Positions 12,505 to 26,950 of a stretch of 64,000 bases of DNA are shown one piece after another. The DNA is taken from positions 193 to 64,192 of the forward strand of contig JAQIBX010000178.1 in assembly GCA_027858895.1 (NCBI GenBank). Reading direction: 5' to 3'. This stretch comes from Desulfuromusa sp. Its GTDB lineage: Bacteria > Desulfobacterota > Desulfuromonadia > Desulfuromonadales > Geopsychrobacteraceae. Every line of letters starts with the position of its first letter. Within the stretch, counting starts at the first letter, position 1. The notes beneath the pieces were generated by a model that was not told the origin of the DNA, searched no databases, and was given only the letters and a program-made list of their open reading frames with translations. The position numbers and the translations under genes were made by a program.

Positions 12505-12505
12505 T

Positions 12506-13879
12506 TTATTTGCCTATACAAAAACCAGAAAAAATATCGTCCAACAAAGATTCGGTAGTGGTCTCACCAGAAATTTGGCCTAAATGATAAAGAACCTCAC
12601 GAAGATCAAAAGCCAACAACTCCAAAGAGGTATCACCGGCCAAAGAGTCGGTAGCCCTACCTAACCCATCCAAACAGAAGAGCAGTGCTTCGTGGTGGCG
12701 ACGCTCCGTCAACATAACCGATTCAGAGGATGATAAATAATCTCCAACAAGAAAAGTAGAGATGCCGTCGCGTAGTTGATCAAGGCCCTCTTCTGTTTTT
12801 GCTGAGACTTCATATGTAGGAAAATCACTGAAAGAAGCAACCACTGCGTCAGCCTTAATATCTTTTTTAGTAAAAACCAAAAACGTTGGCGTGCCAACAC
12901 ACCGCCCTAGAACATATCGGTCTTGTTCGTCTATTTCTCTACTCGCGTCTACCACCAGTAAAACCAAATCAGCCAAGGAAAGCTTATTTTCTGCCCGGCG
13001 TATACCCTCAACCTCAACAACATCTTCCGACTCACGTAAACCAGCCGTATCAACCAGACACACCGGAACCCCATTTATCGTCAGCCCCTCCTCAAGAAGG
13101 TCGCGTGTCGTTCCTGGCACCGCGGTGACAATGGCACGCTCCTCACCTAAAAGGGCATTCAACAAAGAACTCTTCCCGGCATTTGGCTGGCCCACAAGGA
13201 GAATCGAAGCGCCCTCAGACAAGACCCTTCCACAGTCGTAACTAGCTGTTATAGTTAATATTTCCGAGTTAACGCGTGCTATTGTCGTAGTAATTTTCCG
13301 AAGGTCTTCCGCTGGCAAATCCTCCTCAGGAAAATCGATCCAAGCCTCAACTAAAACCAAAACCTGCTTTAAAGCAGCTGCAAATAAATAGATCTCACGA
13401 CTCAAAACGCCATCAACCTGCATTAGAGCCAATTTTCGCGAAGAATCTGTTTTAGCATGAATAAGGCTGGAAACGGCTTCGGCCTGAGATAAGTCCAGAC
13501 GACCACTCATATATGCCCGGTAAGTAAACTCACCTGGTTCAGCGAGTCGAATGCCATGAGACAGATAAAGAGAGATGATGGATTTAACAACCTGCTGGCT
13601 GCCATGACATTGAATTTCTACAACATCATCACGGGTATAGGTATGGGGGGCAGCCATATAAACCGCCATCACCTCGTCTATCACGCAACCCGTATTATCC
13701 CGCAGGGTTCCATGATAAAGGTGATGTGATTCAAGCTCTGTGACTTTAGCGGATGGTTGAAAATAATGTAAAAGTGCCGCCTGGGCGTCGGCACCAGAAA
13801 TACGGACAATGGCAATGCCGCCCTCTCCAGGTGCGGTTGCGGGCGCAATAATCGTGTCAGTCGTGTTCATCTGTGCCAA
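12506..13879 (-). CDS. mnmE: tRNA modification GTPase MnmE (TrmE)
   Basis: 457 aa with G-domain motifs GQPNAGKSSLLN and DTAGLR, plus the C-terminal CIGK. Confidence 0.95.
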   Translation of the reverse strand: MAQMNTTDTIIAPATAPGEGGIAIVRISGADAQAALLHYFQPSAKVTELESHHLYHGTLRDNTGCVIDEVMAVYMAAPHTYTRDDVVEIQCHGSQQVVKSIISLYLSHGIRLAEPGEFTYRAYMSGRLDLSQAEAVSSLIHAKTDSSRKLALMQVDGVLSREIYLFAAALKQVLVLVEAWIDFPEEDLPAEDLRKITTTIARVNSEILTITASYDCGRVLSEGASILLVGQPNAGKSSLLNALLGEERAIVTAVPGTTRDLLEEGLTINGVPVCLVDTAGLRESEDVVEVEGIRRAENKLSLADLVLLVVDASREIDEQDRYVLGRCVGTPTFLVFTKKDIKADAVVASFSDFPTYEVSAKTEEGLDQLRDGISTFLVGDYLSSSESVMLTERRHHEALLFCLDGLGRATDSLAGDTSLELLAFDLREVLYHLGQISGETTTESLLDDIFSGFCIGK

Positions 13880-13887
13880 CCAACATA

Positions 13888-15486
13888 TCAGTCAGGCTGG
13901 CGACGAATAAGGTACTGCTGGAGGATTGTGAGAAGGTTATTCGTCAGCCAGTAAAGAACCAGTCCCGATGGAAAATTAAGGAACATGAAAGTAAAAACCA
14001 CCGGCATCATTAACATGATCTTTTCTTGGGTGGGGTCCATATTGGTTGGTGTCATTTTCTGTTGTAAAAACATAGTCACACCCATAATTAGCGGTGTCAC
14101 ATAATAGGGATCTTTCGCAGACAGGTCTGTTATCCAAAGCATAAATGGGGCATGACGTAATTCAATAGATCCCAGTAGAACCCTATATAAGGCGAAAAAA
14201 ACCGGGATTTGTATTACCATCGGCAAACAACCACCTAAGGGATTAACCTTGTTCTCCTTATAGAAGGACATCATTTCCTGGTTTAGCTTCTGCTTGTCCT
14301 TCCCGTGCTTTTCACGCATTTTCTTCATTTCTGGTTGAAGCTTTTGCATGCCCTTCATCGACTTATAGCTTTTTTGCGTTAGCGGCCAGAAAATCAACTT
14401 TATACAAAACGTCAAGAGGATAATTGAAAAACCATAATTCCCGATAAAACCATAGAAAAACTTAAGAACAACCATTAATGGCTTAGAAAGTGGATGGAAA
14501 AAACCATAGTGAATAGCTTCTTCAAACTGATGTCCACCCGCCAACAAAAATTCATCTTCTTTGGGACCAAAATAAGAAGAATAATTAAATGAGGTTTTTT
14601 GCTCGGTCAAAAGGCTTATCTGCGCTGAAGTAAATTTATTTTCAACAAACCCAAGACCCGAAGTAATATAAAGCTGTTCAGAAGAATCTTGAGGGCTTAT
14701 GGCATTTAAGAAGTACTTGCTTGCATATCCAGACCAAATAATATTGTTTTTATAAATACGCGGCGACTTATCCAAATCACCAGGCTTATCTTCACTTAAG
14801 TCTTCCCCATCATATGTAACAGGGCCAACAAAGGTATACATCCGGGACTTATCATCTTTATCCCAAGGAGTAATCAATGAAAGACTAAGCTTACCGTTAA
14901 CTGGATTGTGAGAATTATTGGTGAGCTGGATATTAAGGTCGAAAGAATATGAAGAAGGATAAAAGGTGAAAGTTTTAACAATAATTAGATCGTTTATAGA
15001 GGCAACAAAACTTACAACAATATTCTCATCATTAACCTCTATTTTTTTTCTTTTATCAAGAAGTTTATAAGACAAGTTAGCTGGAATATATAGGCCATCA
15101 CTGCCAGAAGCTTTTAAGGTTGACAGTTCAAAATTATCACTATAAAAAAGGGTATATAGCTCTGAATCTGGATTGTTTGTTTTATTGTATTTCTTTAGGA
15201 CAATCGAACGAACGGTTGCTCCAACCGTTGACATTTTGACCTCATAATAATCAGAAGAAACGGTTAGAAACGATTCTTCCTGATTGTTATTAACTATAAG
15301 GTCGGAACCTGTTGTGTCTGAAGCCGCCACAACAGGAGCGACAGCCGGCTCTGTTGGCGTTTCTTGGGTAACCTTTTCAACGACCGCAACCTGTTGTACC
15401 TGTCTTTGCGGTGTAAAAAAAAGACTGTATCCCGACCAAAGAAGAACAATGAGAACAACAGCAAGTATTGTACGGTTATTATCCAT
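13888..15486 (-). CDS. yidC: Membrane protein insertase YidC
   Basis: 532 aa with an N-terminal TM, a large periplasmic domain and the conserved C-terminal 5-TM core (PLGGCLPMVIQIPVFFALY). Confidence 0.95.
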   Translation of the reverse strand: MDNNRTILAVVLIVLLWSGYSLFFTPQRQVQQVAVVEKVTQETPTEPAVAPVVAASDTTGSDLIVNNNQEESFLTVSSDYYEVKMSTVGATVRSIVLKKYNKTNNPDSELYTLFYSDNFELSTLKASGSDGLYIPANLSYKLLDKRKKIEVNDENIVVSFVASINDLIIVKTFTFYPSSYSFDLNIQLTNNSHNPVNGKLSLSLITPWDKDDKSRMYTFVGPVTYDGEDLSEDKPGDLDKSPRIYKNNIIWSGYASKYFLNAISPQDSSEQLYITSGLGFVENKFTSAQISLLTEQKTSFNYSSYFGPKEDEFLLAGGHQFEEAIHYGFFHPLSKPLMVVLKFFYGFIGNYGFSIILLTFCIKLIFWPLTQKSYKSMKGMQKLQPEMKKMREKHGKDKQKLNQEMMSFYKENKVNPLGGCLPMVIQIPVFFALYRVLLGSIELRHAPFMLWITDLSAKDPYYVTPLIMGVTMFLQQKMTPTNMDPTQEKIMLMMPVVFTFMFLNFPSGLVLYWLTNNLLTILQQYLIRRQPD

Positions 15487-15488
15487 TT

Positions 15489-15719
15489 TTATATATCCTG
15501 ATTTTTAACAATAGGTACGGGATCAAAGCCACCAGCATGATATGGATGACACTTGAGTATACGTTTAACGGCTAAGCAACTGCCTTTAAATACTCCAAAA
15601 GAGAGAATACTTTCACGTGCATAACTAGAGCATGTTGGGTAAAATCTGCAAGATTGGGGGGTAAAGGGCGATATGCAATAACGGTAAATATCGATCAATA
15701 ATATAAATAAAAATTTCAT
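15489..15719 (-). CDS. yidD: Membrane protein insertion efficiency factor YidD
   Basis: 76 aa with the motif [11 protein letters not shown]. Confidence 0.9.
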   Translation of the reverse strand: MKFLFILLIDIYRYCISPFTPQSCRFYPTCSSYARESILSFGVFKGSCLAVKRILKCHPYHAGGFDPVPIVKNQDI

Positions 15720-16063
15720 TTTTTATCAATCGACTTCACGAAAATATTATTTAAATCCGAATATATTTCTGAAGATGAAAGCAGAGCTGAACTTCGTTTA
15801 GCAATGACAGAATAATCCTTCAAACTCGGATAGTCTGAGTAATTTTTACGAAAAAACTCGCGCATTAAGCGTTTAATTCTATTCCGCTGAACAGCATTAC
15901 CGACCTTACGACTGACAGTAACACCGAGCCGGCTATTATCTTCTGAATTTGCAAAAACCAGAAGCACAAAATGGGGTGTATTAAATTTACACCCCATTTT
16001 TCTGACCAACCGATATTCCCAGGATTTATGTAAACGGCAAAATCCAGGATAACATTCGTCCAT
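15716..16063 (-). CDS. rnpA: RNase P protein component
   Basis: 115 aa and basic, with the motif [16 protein letters not shown]. It lies between rpmH and yidD. Confidence 0.9.
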   Translation of the reverse strand: MDECYPGFCRLHKSWEYRLVRKMGCKFNTPHFVLLVFANSEDNSRLGVTVSRKVGNAVQRNRIKRLMREFFRKNYSDYPSLKDYSVIAKRSSALLSSSEIYSDLNNIFVKSIDKK

Positions 16064-16065
16064 AA

Positions 16066-16218
16066 TTACTTGATCGGTATAGCAACCGTCAGTAATTTAC
16101 GGCCGCGAGCGCGCCGACTATTTATCATCTTTCGACCCGCCTTGGTTTGCATTTTGGATCTAAAGCCGTGTGTTCGCTTGCGCTTAATGCGACTTGGTTG
16201 AAATGTACGCTTAGACAT
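16066..16218 (-). CDS. rpmH: 50S ribosomal protein L34
   Basis: Not in the ORF track because it is under 60 aa. Hand translation of the minus strand gives [60 protein letters not shown] lies 6 nt upstream. Confidence 0.95.
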   Translation of the reverse strand: MSKRTFQPSRIKRKRTHGFRSKMQTKAGRKMINSRRARGRKLLTVAIPIK

Positions 16219-16422
16219 ATTTTCCTCCTCTCTCTAAACTGACAAAGCGATATTTATAGCCATATAAGTAAAAATATGTCAACTAAATATCCAATAAAAA
16301 TATGCTGGTAGATATTTACAATAAGCATTATAGTTGGTGGTTGTATCTGTATAAAATTAAAATGGCCAATAAAAAGCTTTGTCGTTGTGATTAAAAAAAC
16401 TTATAAACATGTGTTAACAAGT

Positions 16423-16431
16423 TGTGGATAA
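16423..16431 (-). promoter_or_regulatory. Perfect DnaA box overlapping the dnaA start codon
   Basis: TGTGGATAA is the reverse complement of TTATCCACA, and GTG 16424 is the ORF start. Degenerate 7/9 boxes lie nearby: TTATAAACA (16401-16409) and TGTGATTAA (16386-16394). Confidence 0.6.
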
Positions 16432-17764
16432 AAAAATGAAAAAGATTTGGCTGGAAACATTAGAAATATTAAAATCTAAAATAAGTGAGCAAAATATTTC
16501 TACCTGGATAACTCCTATTCATCCGTTAAAAATAATTGGAAATCAGTTAACAGTTGAAGTTCCAAATAAATTTATAAAAGATTGGTTGAATGACAATTAT
16601 AAAAATATTATCGAAGAAACCCTTTCAGATGTAGGAACTTTAAACTACATAATAAATATAAAAGTTAATAAAAAAACAATAATTGAAAACAAAAATGAAC
16701 CTTTAAAAATAGAAACAACCAAAAAAAACATTACTGTTGAATATCGGCCAGATATAAACCCTAAGTATACATTTGATACGTTTGTATCGGGGACATCAAA
16801 CCAGTTTGCACATGCCGCCGCAATGGCTGTAGCTAACAACCCCGCAACAACCTATAATCCACTATTTATTTATGGCGGTGTAGGTTTAGGTAAAACACAT
16901 CTTATAAATGCAATAGGAAATGAAATATACAAAAATAACAATGCAACAAAAATATGCTATTATTCTTCGGAAAAATTTACAAATGAGCTCATAAATTCAC
17001 TTAGACACGCAAAAATGAATGAATTTAGAAACAAATTTAGGTCTATTGATGTTTTATTAATAGATGATATTCAATTTATTGCCGGTAAAAAGAGCACTCA
17101 AGAAGAATTTTTTCATACCTTTAATGCTTTATATGAATCACATAAACAAATAATAGTTACTTCTGATAAATTTCCAAAAGAAATACCAGATTTAGAAGAA
17201 AGATTAAGATCTAGATTTGAGTGGGGTTTAATTGCTGATATACAAGCGCCTGATACAGAAACAAAACAAGCAATACTTAGTATGAAAGCAGATCAGAATA
17301 ATATTAAATTACCAGAAGATGTTATATTTTTTCTAGCTAATGCAGTTTCAAATAACGTTCGAGAATTAGAGGGTTATCTTATTAGAATAGGGGCTTATTC
17401 TAGTCTTACATCAACACCAATTAATATAGAAATGGCCAAAAAAGTTCTTAAAGATATATTGGTTGAAAATAGTAGAGAAATAACTATAGATAAAATTCAA
17501 AAAAAAATAGCAGATCATTATCAAATAAAAACAATAGAGCTTAAATCATCAAAACGTTTAAAAAACATTGTTTTTCCTAGACAAGTAGCTATGTATATTT
17601 GCCGTAAATTAACTAATTTATCATACCCAGAAATAGGTAATAAATTTGGTGGAAAAGATCATTCAACAATTATACATGCCGTAAAAAAAATAGAAAGAAC
17701 AATGAAAGAAGATTTACAAATAAAAACAACTATAGATAAAATCATTGAAAACTTGAGTTTATAG
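16424..17764 (+). CDS. dnaA: Chromosomal replication initiator DnaA
   Basis: 446 aa with Walker A GGVGLGKTHL, Walker B LLIDDIQF, and the DNA-binding signature KDHSTIIHAVKKIE. The start is GTG 16424 or ATG 16436. The gene is extremely AT-rich. Confidence 0.95.
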   Translation: MDKKMKKIWLETLEILKSKISEQNISTWITPIHPLKIIGNQLTVEVPNKFIKDWLNDNYKNIIEETLSDVGTLNYIINIKVNKKTIIENKNEPLKIETTKKNITVEYRPDINPKYTFDTFVSGTSNQFAHAAAMAVANNPATTYNPLFIYGGVGLGKTHLINAIGNEIYKNNNATKICYYSSEKFTNELINSLRHAKMNEFRNKFRSIDVLLIDDIQFIAGKKSTQEEFFHTFNALYESHKQIIVTSDKFPKEIPDLEERLRSRFEWGLIADIQAPDTETKQAILSMKADQNNIKLPEDVIFFLANAVSNNVRELEGYLIRIGAYSSLTSTPINIEMAKKVLKDILVENSREITIDKIQKKIADHYQIKTIELKSSKRLKNIVFPRQVAMYICRKLTNLSYPEIGNKFGGKDHSTIIHAVKKIERTMKEDLQIKTTIDKIIENLSL

Positions 17765-17786
17765 TTGTTGATAAATAATATTAATC

Positions 17787-17905
17787 ATTAACAAATAAAA
17801 TTATTAACAAAAAACTAAAAATATAAACGTTAAATTAACAGGTATAAAATTATAAAAATTATATGTTTTTCAATGATTTAGATAACATATCAACCAATTA
17901 ACAGG
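17787..17905. repeat. Four ATTAACA-core repeats in the dnaA-dnaN spacer
   Basis: ATTAACA occurs at 17787, 17803 (within TTATTAACA), 17834 and 17897. The 10-mer aattaacagg occurs twice (17833-17842 and 17896-17905). Confidence 0.5.
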
Positions 17906-17973
17906 CACTACTAATACTACTGATTTTATAATAAATAAATATAATAGAAATAGAGAATGTTGATGGAGGTTCT

Positions 17974-19089
17974 ATGCAATTTTTGATTAGTAGAGATGTT
18001 TTTTTGGAAGGTTTGAATAAAGTTCAAGGTATTGTAGAAAAAAGACATACCATCCCAATCTTAGCTAATGTTTTAATTGAGGCTGCTAATAACGAAATTA
18101 CGATAACGGCAACGGATCTAGAAGTGGGTCTAAAATCAAAATATAAGGCTAAAGTTATCGATGAAGGAAAAATAACAGTATCAGCAAAAAAAATGTATGA
18201 AATAATTAAGGAACTTCCTGATCAGGAAATTAAATTTAATTCTAAAAATAATTTTTGGGTTGAAATAAAGTGCCATAAATCACTTTTTAATTTAGTTGGT
18301 TTGTCACCTGATGAATTTCCAAAATTTCCAGATATTGTATTAGAAAAAAATAGTATAGATAAAAATATTTTAAATGAAATGATAGAAAAAACTTTATTTT
18401 CTGTATCAAGTGATGAAACTAAGTTCAATTTAACTGGTATATATATAAAGGCAAATAAAATAGATAACAGTTATAAATTAATATTTGTTTCTACCGATGG
18501 ACATAGATTATCTATGATTCAAAGAAATTTAGAAAATGATTTAGATGATAGATATATGGAAGGTTTTATTTTACCTAAGAAAGGTATTATAGAATTAAAA
18601 AAATTATTAGAGACATTGGATGGAAATATTAATATAGGAATATCGGATAATAATTTTTCTGTAAGTAATAAAAAAACAACATTAATTATGAGAATGGTTG
18701 ATGGTGATTTTCCTGATTATAAAAGAGTTATTCCGGACACAGGAAAAAATGCAGCAGTTATAAATAAAAATTTATTTTTACATGCTTTAAAAAGAATATC
18801 TGTATTATCTAGTGAAAAATCTAAAGGAGTAAAAACAAGTTTAAAAAAAGACACACTGATTTTAAGTTCTTCGAATCCTGATTTAGGGGATGCAAAAGAA
18901 GAAATAGATATAATATATAATGGAGACGATATTTCCATAGGTTTTAATGCTAAATATATAATTGAAATATTACAGAGCATAAAAAATGAGAATATAATTT
19001 TTAATTTGAAAGATAATATTTCCCCAGGAAGAATAAATCCGGAAAATGACGAAGATCATATTTCAGTTATTATGCCTATGCGCTTATAA
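17974..19089 (+). CDS. dnaN: DNA polymerase III beta sliding clamp
   Basis: 371 aa with N-terminus MQFLISRDVFLEGLNKVQGIVEKRHTIPILANVLIEA and C-terminal end VIMPMRL. AT-rich. Confidence 0.95.
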   Translation: MQFLISRDVFLEGLNKVQGIVEKRHTIPILANVLIEAANNEITITATDLEVGLKSKYKAKVIDEGKITVSAKKMYEIIKELPDQEIKFNSKNNFWVEIKCHKSLFNLVGLSPDEFPKFPDIVLEKNSIDKNILNEMIEKTLFSVSSDETKFNLTGIYIKANKIDNSYKLIFVSTDGHRLSMIQRNLENDLDDRYMEGFILPKKGIIELKKLLETLDGNINIGISDNNFSVSNKKTTLIMRMVDGDFPDYKRVIPDTGKNAAVINKNLFLHALKRISVLSSEKSKGVKTSLKKDTLILSSSNPDLGDAKEEIDIIYNGDDISIGFNAKYIIEILQSIKNENIIFNLKDNISPGRINPENDEDHISVIMPMRL

Positions 19090-19097
19090 TTTTTTAA

Positions 19098-22570
<3,473 letters not shown>

Positions 22571-22583
22571 TCAATAAAAAATA

Positions 22584-22603
22584 AAACTTCCTTTTGGAAG
22601 TTT
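22584..22603 (+). other. Short intercistronic hairpin between gyrB and gyrA
   Basis: aaacttcc-tttt-ggaagttt is an 8-bp stem lying immediately before the gyrA RBS GGAGGA. No T-run follows, so it is not called a terminator. Confidence 0.3.
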
Positions 22604-22614
22604 GGAGGAATTAG

Positions 22615-25125
22615 ATGCTGTCAGAGCAGAACAAAGTCACGGTAAATATTGTCGATGAAATGCGTAAATCCTATATGGATTACGCCATGAGCGTTATTAT
22701 TGGTCGGGCATTACCCGATGTCCGCGACGGCCTTAAACCGGTCCACCGACGCATTTTGTTTGCCATGCATGATCTCAATAATGATTTCAATAAGCCTTAT
22801 AAAAAATCGGCTCGGGTGGTTGGTGACGTCATAGGTAAATACCATCCACATGGTGATAGCGCTGTATATGACTCTATCGTGCGGATGGCGCAGAGTTTTT
22901 CGATGCGCCACCCTTTGGTTGATGGTCAGGGTAATTTCGGTTCCGTTGATGGTGATTCTGCCGCGGCAATGCGCTATACCGAAATTAGAATGGATAGGCT
23001 TGCCCATGAACTGTTGAACGACATTGACAAAGAAACGGTCGATTTCGGCCCCAACTACGATGATTCTTTGGAAGAGCCACTGGTTCTTCCCTGTAAGTAT
23101 CCCAATCTACTGGTGAATGGTTCTGAGGGGATAGCGGTTGGGATGGCAACCAAAATACCTCCCCATAATTTAGGTGAGGTGATTGATGGCTTGATTGCGT
23201 TGATTGACGATCCACGCATCAGCATTGATGAACTTATAGATCTAATTCCTGGGCCCGACTTTCCGACGGCTGGTTTTATCAATGGAAAAGAGGCGATTTG
23301 TCAAGCCTACAAGAGTGGTCGTGGCATTATCCAGATGCGTGCCAGAGCGTTGGTTGAAATTGACCGACGTAGCGGCAGAGAAGCTATTATTATTACCGAA
23401 CTTCCTTATCAAGTGAATAAAGCCCGGCTGATCGAAAAGATTGCCGATCTGGTTAAAGACAAGAAAATCGAAGGTATCTCTGATCTACGTGATGAATCAG
23501 ACCGTGAGGGCATGCGGGTTGTTATCGAGCTGAAGAGAGACATGATCCCCGGGGTTGTTTTGAACCAGCTCTACAAGATGACCGTCATGCAAAGCTCTTT
23601 CGGTATTATTATGCTGGCGATTGTTTCCGGGCAGCCTAAGATTCTCAACTTACGCGAAGTGCTTGATTGCTTTATTGATCATCGCAGAGAAATAGTTACC
23701 CGACGGTGTGTTTTTGAGCTGAAAAAAGCTGAAGCACGAGCTCATATTCTTTACGGTTTAAAACTGGCGCTGGAAAATCTGGATGAAGTCATTCAGATCA
23801 TTAAGGGAAGTGAAACCCCGGCTGAGGCCAAGCACGGTTTGAAGGCGCGGTTTTCTTTTTCAGAGATTCAAGCGCAAGCCATTCTTGATATGCGCTTGCA
23901 CCGCCTGACCGGACTTGAACAAAATAAAATTATTGAGGAATTGACACAACTTCTGGCACAGATCAGCCGCTTGAAGGAAATTTTAGCCAGCGAGGTGGAA
24001 ATTCTCAATATCATAAAGGTGGAATTGATTGAATTGAAGGATAAATTTGCCAACCCAAGACGGACGGAAATTCTCGACCGAAGTGCAGATTTAACTTTAG
24101 AGGATATGATTGTTGAGGAAGATATGGTCGTGACCGTGACCCATGGGGGCTATATCAAGCGGAATGCTGTGTCGCTTTATCGTGCTCAAAGACGCGGAGG
24201 AAAAGGATCGAGCGGCGTTAAGCCGAAGGAAGAGGATTTTGTTGAAAATCTGTTTGTTGCCTCAACTCACGCCTATATTCTTATTTTTACCAACCGAGGG
24301 AAGGTTTATTGGCTTAAAGTTCACGAAATCCCTCAGGGCGGTCGAGCTTCGCGGGGTAAGGCAATTGTCAATCTGTTACAGCTGGCAGCCGAAGAAAGGG
24401 TGATGACAATTCTTCCGGTCAATAGTTTTGAAAAAGATCAATATATTGTCACGGCAACGGCACGCGGAATTATCAAGAAAACCGAGCTGATGGCTTATTC
24501 CCATCCGCGAGTCGGTGGTATTATCGCATTGAATATTGATGAGGGGGATAGCCTGATAGAGGCACGCCTTACTGATGGTGGGCGCGACTTATTGTTGGCC
24601 AGTCGCAACGGCAAATCAATTCGTTTCCCGGAAAGTGACGTCCGTTCAGTGGGGCGTCCGGCTCGTGGGGTGAGAGGGATAACCCTGGCAGCGGATGATG
24701 TTGTGATTGGGCTGCAGTCGGTTACAGCAAATACTGTCTTGGCGTTGGTGACTGTTACGGAAAATGGTTATGGTAAGCGGACCGATATCGGCGAGTATCG
24801 GGTTCAAAGTCGGGGCGGCAAAGGAATTATCACCATCAAAACCAGTGAGCGTAATGGCGGTGTGGTTGCTATCAGGATGGTGGATGACGAGTCTGATTTA
24901 ATGTTTATCACTAATCGTGGTAAATTGTTGCGGACCAAGGTGAAAAATATTCGCGCCATCGGGCGGAACACTCAAGGTGTGCGGATGATGGTGTTGGAAA
25001 ATGACGAGCTGATTGTCTCGGTTGCTAAATTGGCAGAGAAGGATACCGCAGGTGATGTTGCACCGGATGAAGAAGCAACTGAAGCGGGAGTTGAAACAAC
25101 AAGAAACCAAGACGAAGACGTCTAG
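22615..25125 (+). CDS. gyrA: DNA gyrase subunit A
   Basis: 836 aa with the active-site region [11 protein letters not shown], a C-terminal beta-pinwheel and an acidic tail. Confidence 0.97.
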   Translation: MLSEQNKVTVNIVDEMRKSYMDYAMSVIIGRALPDVRDGLKPVHRRILFAMHDLNNDFNKPYKKSARVVGDVIGKYHPHGDSAVYDSIVRMAQSFSMRHPLVDGQGNFGSVDGDSAAAMRYTEIRMDRLAHELLNDIDKETVDFGPNYDDSLEEPLVLPCKYPNLLVNGSEGIAVGMATKIPPHNLGEVIDGLIALIDDPRISIDELIDLIPGPDFPTAGFINGKEAICQAYKSGRGIIQMRARALVEIDRRSGREAIIITELPYQVNKARLIEKIADLVKDKKIEGISDLRDESDREGMRVVIELKRDMIPGVVLNQLYKMTVMQSSFGIIMLAIVSGQPKILNLREVLDCFIDHRREIVTRRCVFELKKAEARAHILYGLKLALENLDEVIQIIKGSETPAEAKHGLKARFSFSEIQAQAILDMRLHRLTGLEQNKIIEELTQLLAQISRLKEILASEVEILNIIKVELIELKDKFANPRRTEILDRSADLTLEDMIVEEDMVVTVTHGGYIKRNAVSLYRAQRRGGKGSSGVKPKEEDFVENLFVASTHAYILIFTNRGKVYWLKVHEIPQGGRASRGKAIVNLLQLAAEERVMTILPVNSFEKDQYIVTATARGIIKKTELMAYSHPRVGGIIALNIDEGDSLIEARLTDGGRDLLLASRNGKSIRFPESDVRSVGRPARGVRGITLAADDVVIGLQSVTANTVLALVTVTENGYGKRTDIGEYRVQSRGGKGIITIKTSERNGGVVAIRMVDDESDLMFITNRGKLLRTKVKNIRAIGRNTQGVRMMVLENDELIVSVAKLAEKDTAGDVAPDEEATEAGVETTRNQDEDV

Positions 25126-25933
25126 CCGCAAACGTTGGATTCTTTCAGTTCTGGTTGTCTTGGTTTTAACAACCAGCTTGTTCCTGGTTTACCGTCGACA
25201 GCAGTTTACAGCACCTCAGCGATTATTTGCCAAGGGAATTGAGCTGGAGAGCTTGGGGAAGATAAGTGCTGCTGAAAAGAGCTATCAGGAAATTTATCAA
25301 AATTATCCCCAAGCTCCGGAAGCGGTAGAAGCTTTATTAAGAATAGGTAAGCTCTGGCAGCACGATCATCAAGATGAGCAAATGGCGCTGCTCAACTACC
25401 TGAAATTAGAACACGATTATCCAGATAGCCCGCTTGTTCTACCAGCACGTGAAGAAGCAGCACAGATTGTCAAACACACGCTGCGCGATTATTCCCAGGC
25501 GATTGTATTGTATCAACGCCTGCTCGATTTAAATATGGGAACCCCCGATCTATACTATTATGAAATAGCCGATTGCTATTTTCGTCTCGAAAACTATCCT
25601 CAAGCGCGGATAGAATTAGAAACATTGCTTGCAACCTTCCCTCACAGCCCCCTTGCTCCCGATGTGTTATACCGTAAGGGAGGAATTTTACTGTTGGAGG
25701 GGCGGGCAGAAGATGCGCAGCAAGATTGGCAGTCTTTGATTGAACAATACCCGGATAGTAAGTACCGTATTCAGGCTGAGTTCGATTTGGCAAAACTTCT
25801 GGAAGAAGAAGAACATCTAACAGAAGCCTTGCAGCGCTATCGGCAACTTGAGGGTTTTTCACAACCTTTATTATTAAAAGAAAAAATTAAGCACCTGGAG
25901 CGGCGGATTGCAGAGAAGAAAGAGGCTATCTAG
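25055..25933 (+). CDS. Membrane-anchored tetratricopeptide-repeat protein
   Basis: One TM segment ([19 protein letters not shown]) followed by TPR-like repeats. The start is uncertain (ATG 25055 or 25067, or GTG 25052), and every option overlaps the gyrA 3' end. Confidence 0.6.
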   Translation: MLHRMKKQLKRELKQQETKTKTSSRKRWILSVLVVLVLTTSLFLVYRRQQFTAPQRLFAKGIELESLGKISAAEKSYQEIYQNYPQAPEAVEALLRIGKLWQHDHQDEQMALLNYLKLEHDYPDSPLVLPAREEAAQIVKHTLRDYSQAIVLYQRLLDLNMGTPDLYYYEIADCYFRLENYPQARIELETLLATFPHSPLAPDVLYRKGGILLLEGRAEDAQQDWQSLIEQYPDSKYRIQAEFDLAKLLEEEEHLTEALQRYRQLEGFSQPLLLKEKIKHLERRIAEKKEAI

Positions 25934-26941
25934 ATGGAGACAAACATCGCTGTTATTGGCGCCGGAAGCTGGGGAACGACGTTAGCCAATCTATTAGCTG
26001 AAAAAGGTTATCCGGTAACGCTCTGGTGTTATGAAAAAGATCTTGCTGAGCGGATCCAGCAGTCGAAAATCAACGATCTTTATCTGCCGCAGGTTCGTCT
26101 TTCTAAAAAGTTACAAGCAACCAGCAGCCTAAAGGCCACTGTCTCTGAAAAACAGCTGCTTTTATTTGTCACACCCTCTCAGGTGACCCGCCAGATCGTG
26201 CAGCAAGCGCTGCCGAACCTTTTCCCACAAGCTTTGATTGTTTCTGCATCCAAAGGAATTGAAAATGACAGCCTGATGTTGTTATCTCAGGTATTTGAGG
26301 AGCTCCTTCCAGAGCGGATGCACCGCCAACTTGGCTTTCTCTCTGGCCCATCCTTTGCGAAAGAAGTGAGTTCTGGTATGCCGACAGCTGTTGTTGCGGC
26401 AGCTCGGGATGCTGTTGTTGCCGCAGAGATTCAAAAAATATTTAGCACTGACAAGTTTCGAGTTTATACCCATAATGATATTATCGGTGTCGAGCTAGGT
26501 GGTGCGATGAAGAATGTTATTGCCCTGGCTGCTGGTGTTGCGGATGGCCTCGGGTTTGGACATAACACACGAGCTGCACTGATTACGCGCGGTTTGGCTG
26601 AAATGACCAGACTGGGGATGAAGCTTGGTGGTGCAGCAGAGACGTTTGCTGGATTGGCGGGGATGGGAGATTTGGTTCTGACTTGTACAGGCGATCTGTC
26701 ACGGAATCGCAGTGTCGGCATTGAACTGGGTAAGGGAAGAACAATAGAGGAGATTTTAGAGGGGATGCAGATGATAGCGGAAGGGGTTAAAACCACCCTG
26801 TCAGCATATCAGCTAGCGGGCAAGTTAGGGGTAGAGGTGCCGATTATTGAACAGATGTATCTCATTCTTTATCAAGGCAAGGATCCACATCAGGCCGTTT
26901 CCGATTTGATGTTGCGTGATTTGCGGGCGGAAGCACTTTAG
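25934..26941 (+). CDS. gpsA: NAD(P)H-dependent glycerol-3-phosphate dehydrogenase
   Basis: 335 aa with the motifs GAGSWGTTLA and NVIALAAG. Confidence 0.93.
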   Translation: METNIAVIGAGSWGTTLANLLAEKGYPVTLWCYEKDLAERIQQSKINDLYLPQVRLSKKLQATSSLKATVSEKQLLLFVTPSQVTRQIVQQALPNLFPQALIVSASKGIENDSLMLLSQVFEELLPERMHRQLGFLSGPSFAKEVSSGMPTAVVAAARDAVVAAEIQKIFSTDKFRVYTHNDIIGVELGGAMKNVIALAAGVADGLGFGHNTRAALITRGLAEMTRLGMKLGGAAETFAGLAGMGDLVLTCTGDLSRNRSVGIELGKGRTIEEILEGMQMIAEGVKTTLSAYQLAGKLGVEVPIIEQMYLILYQGKDPHQAVSDLMLRDLRAEAL

Positions 26942-26950
26942 AGAGGGACC

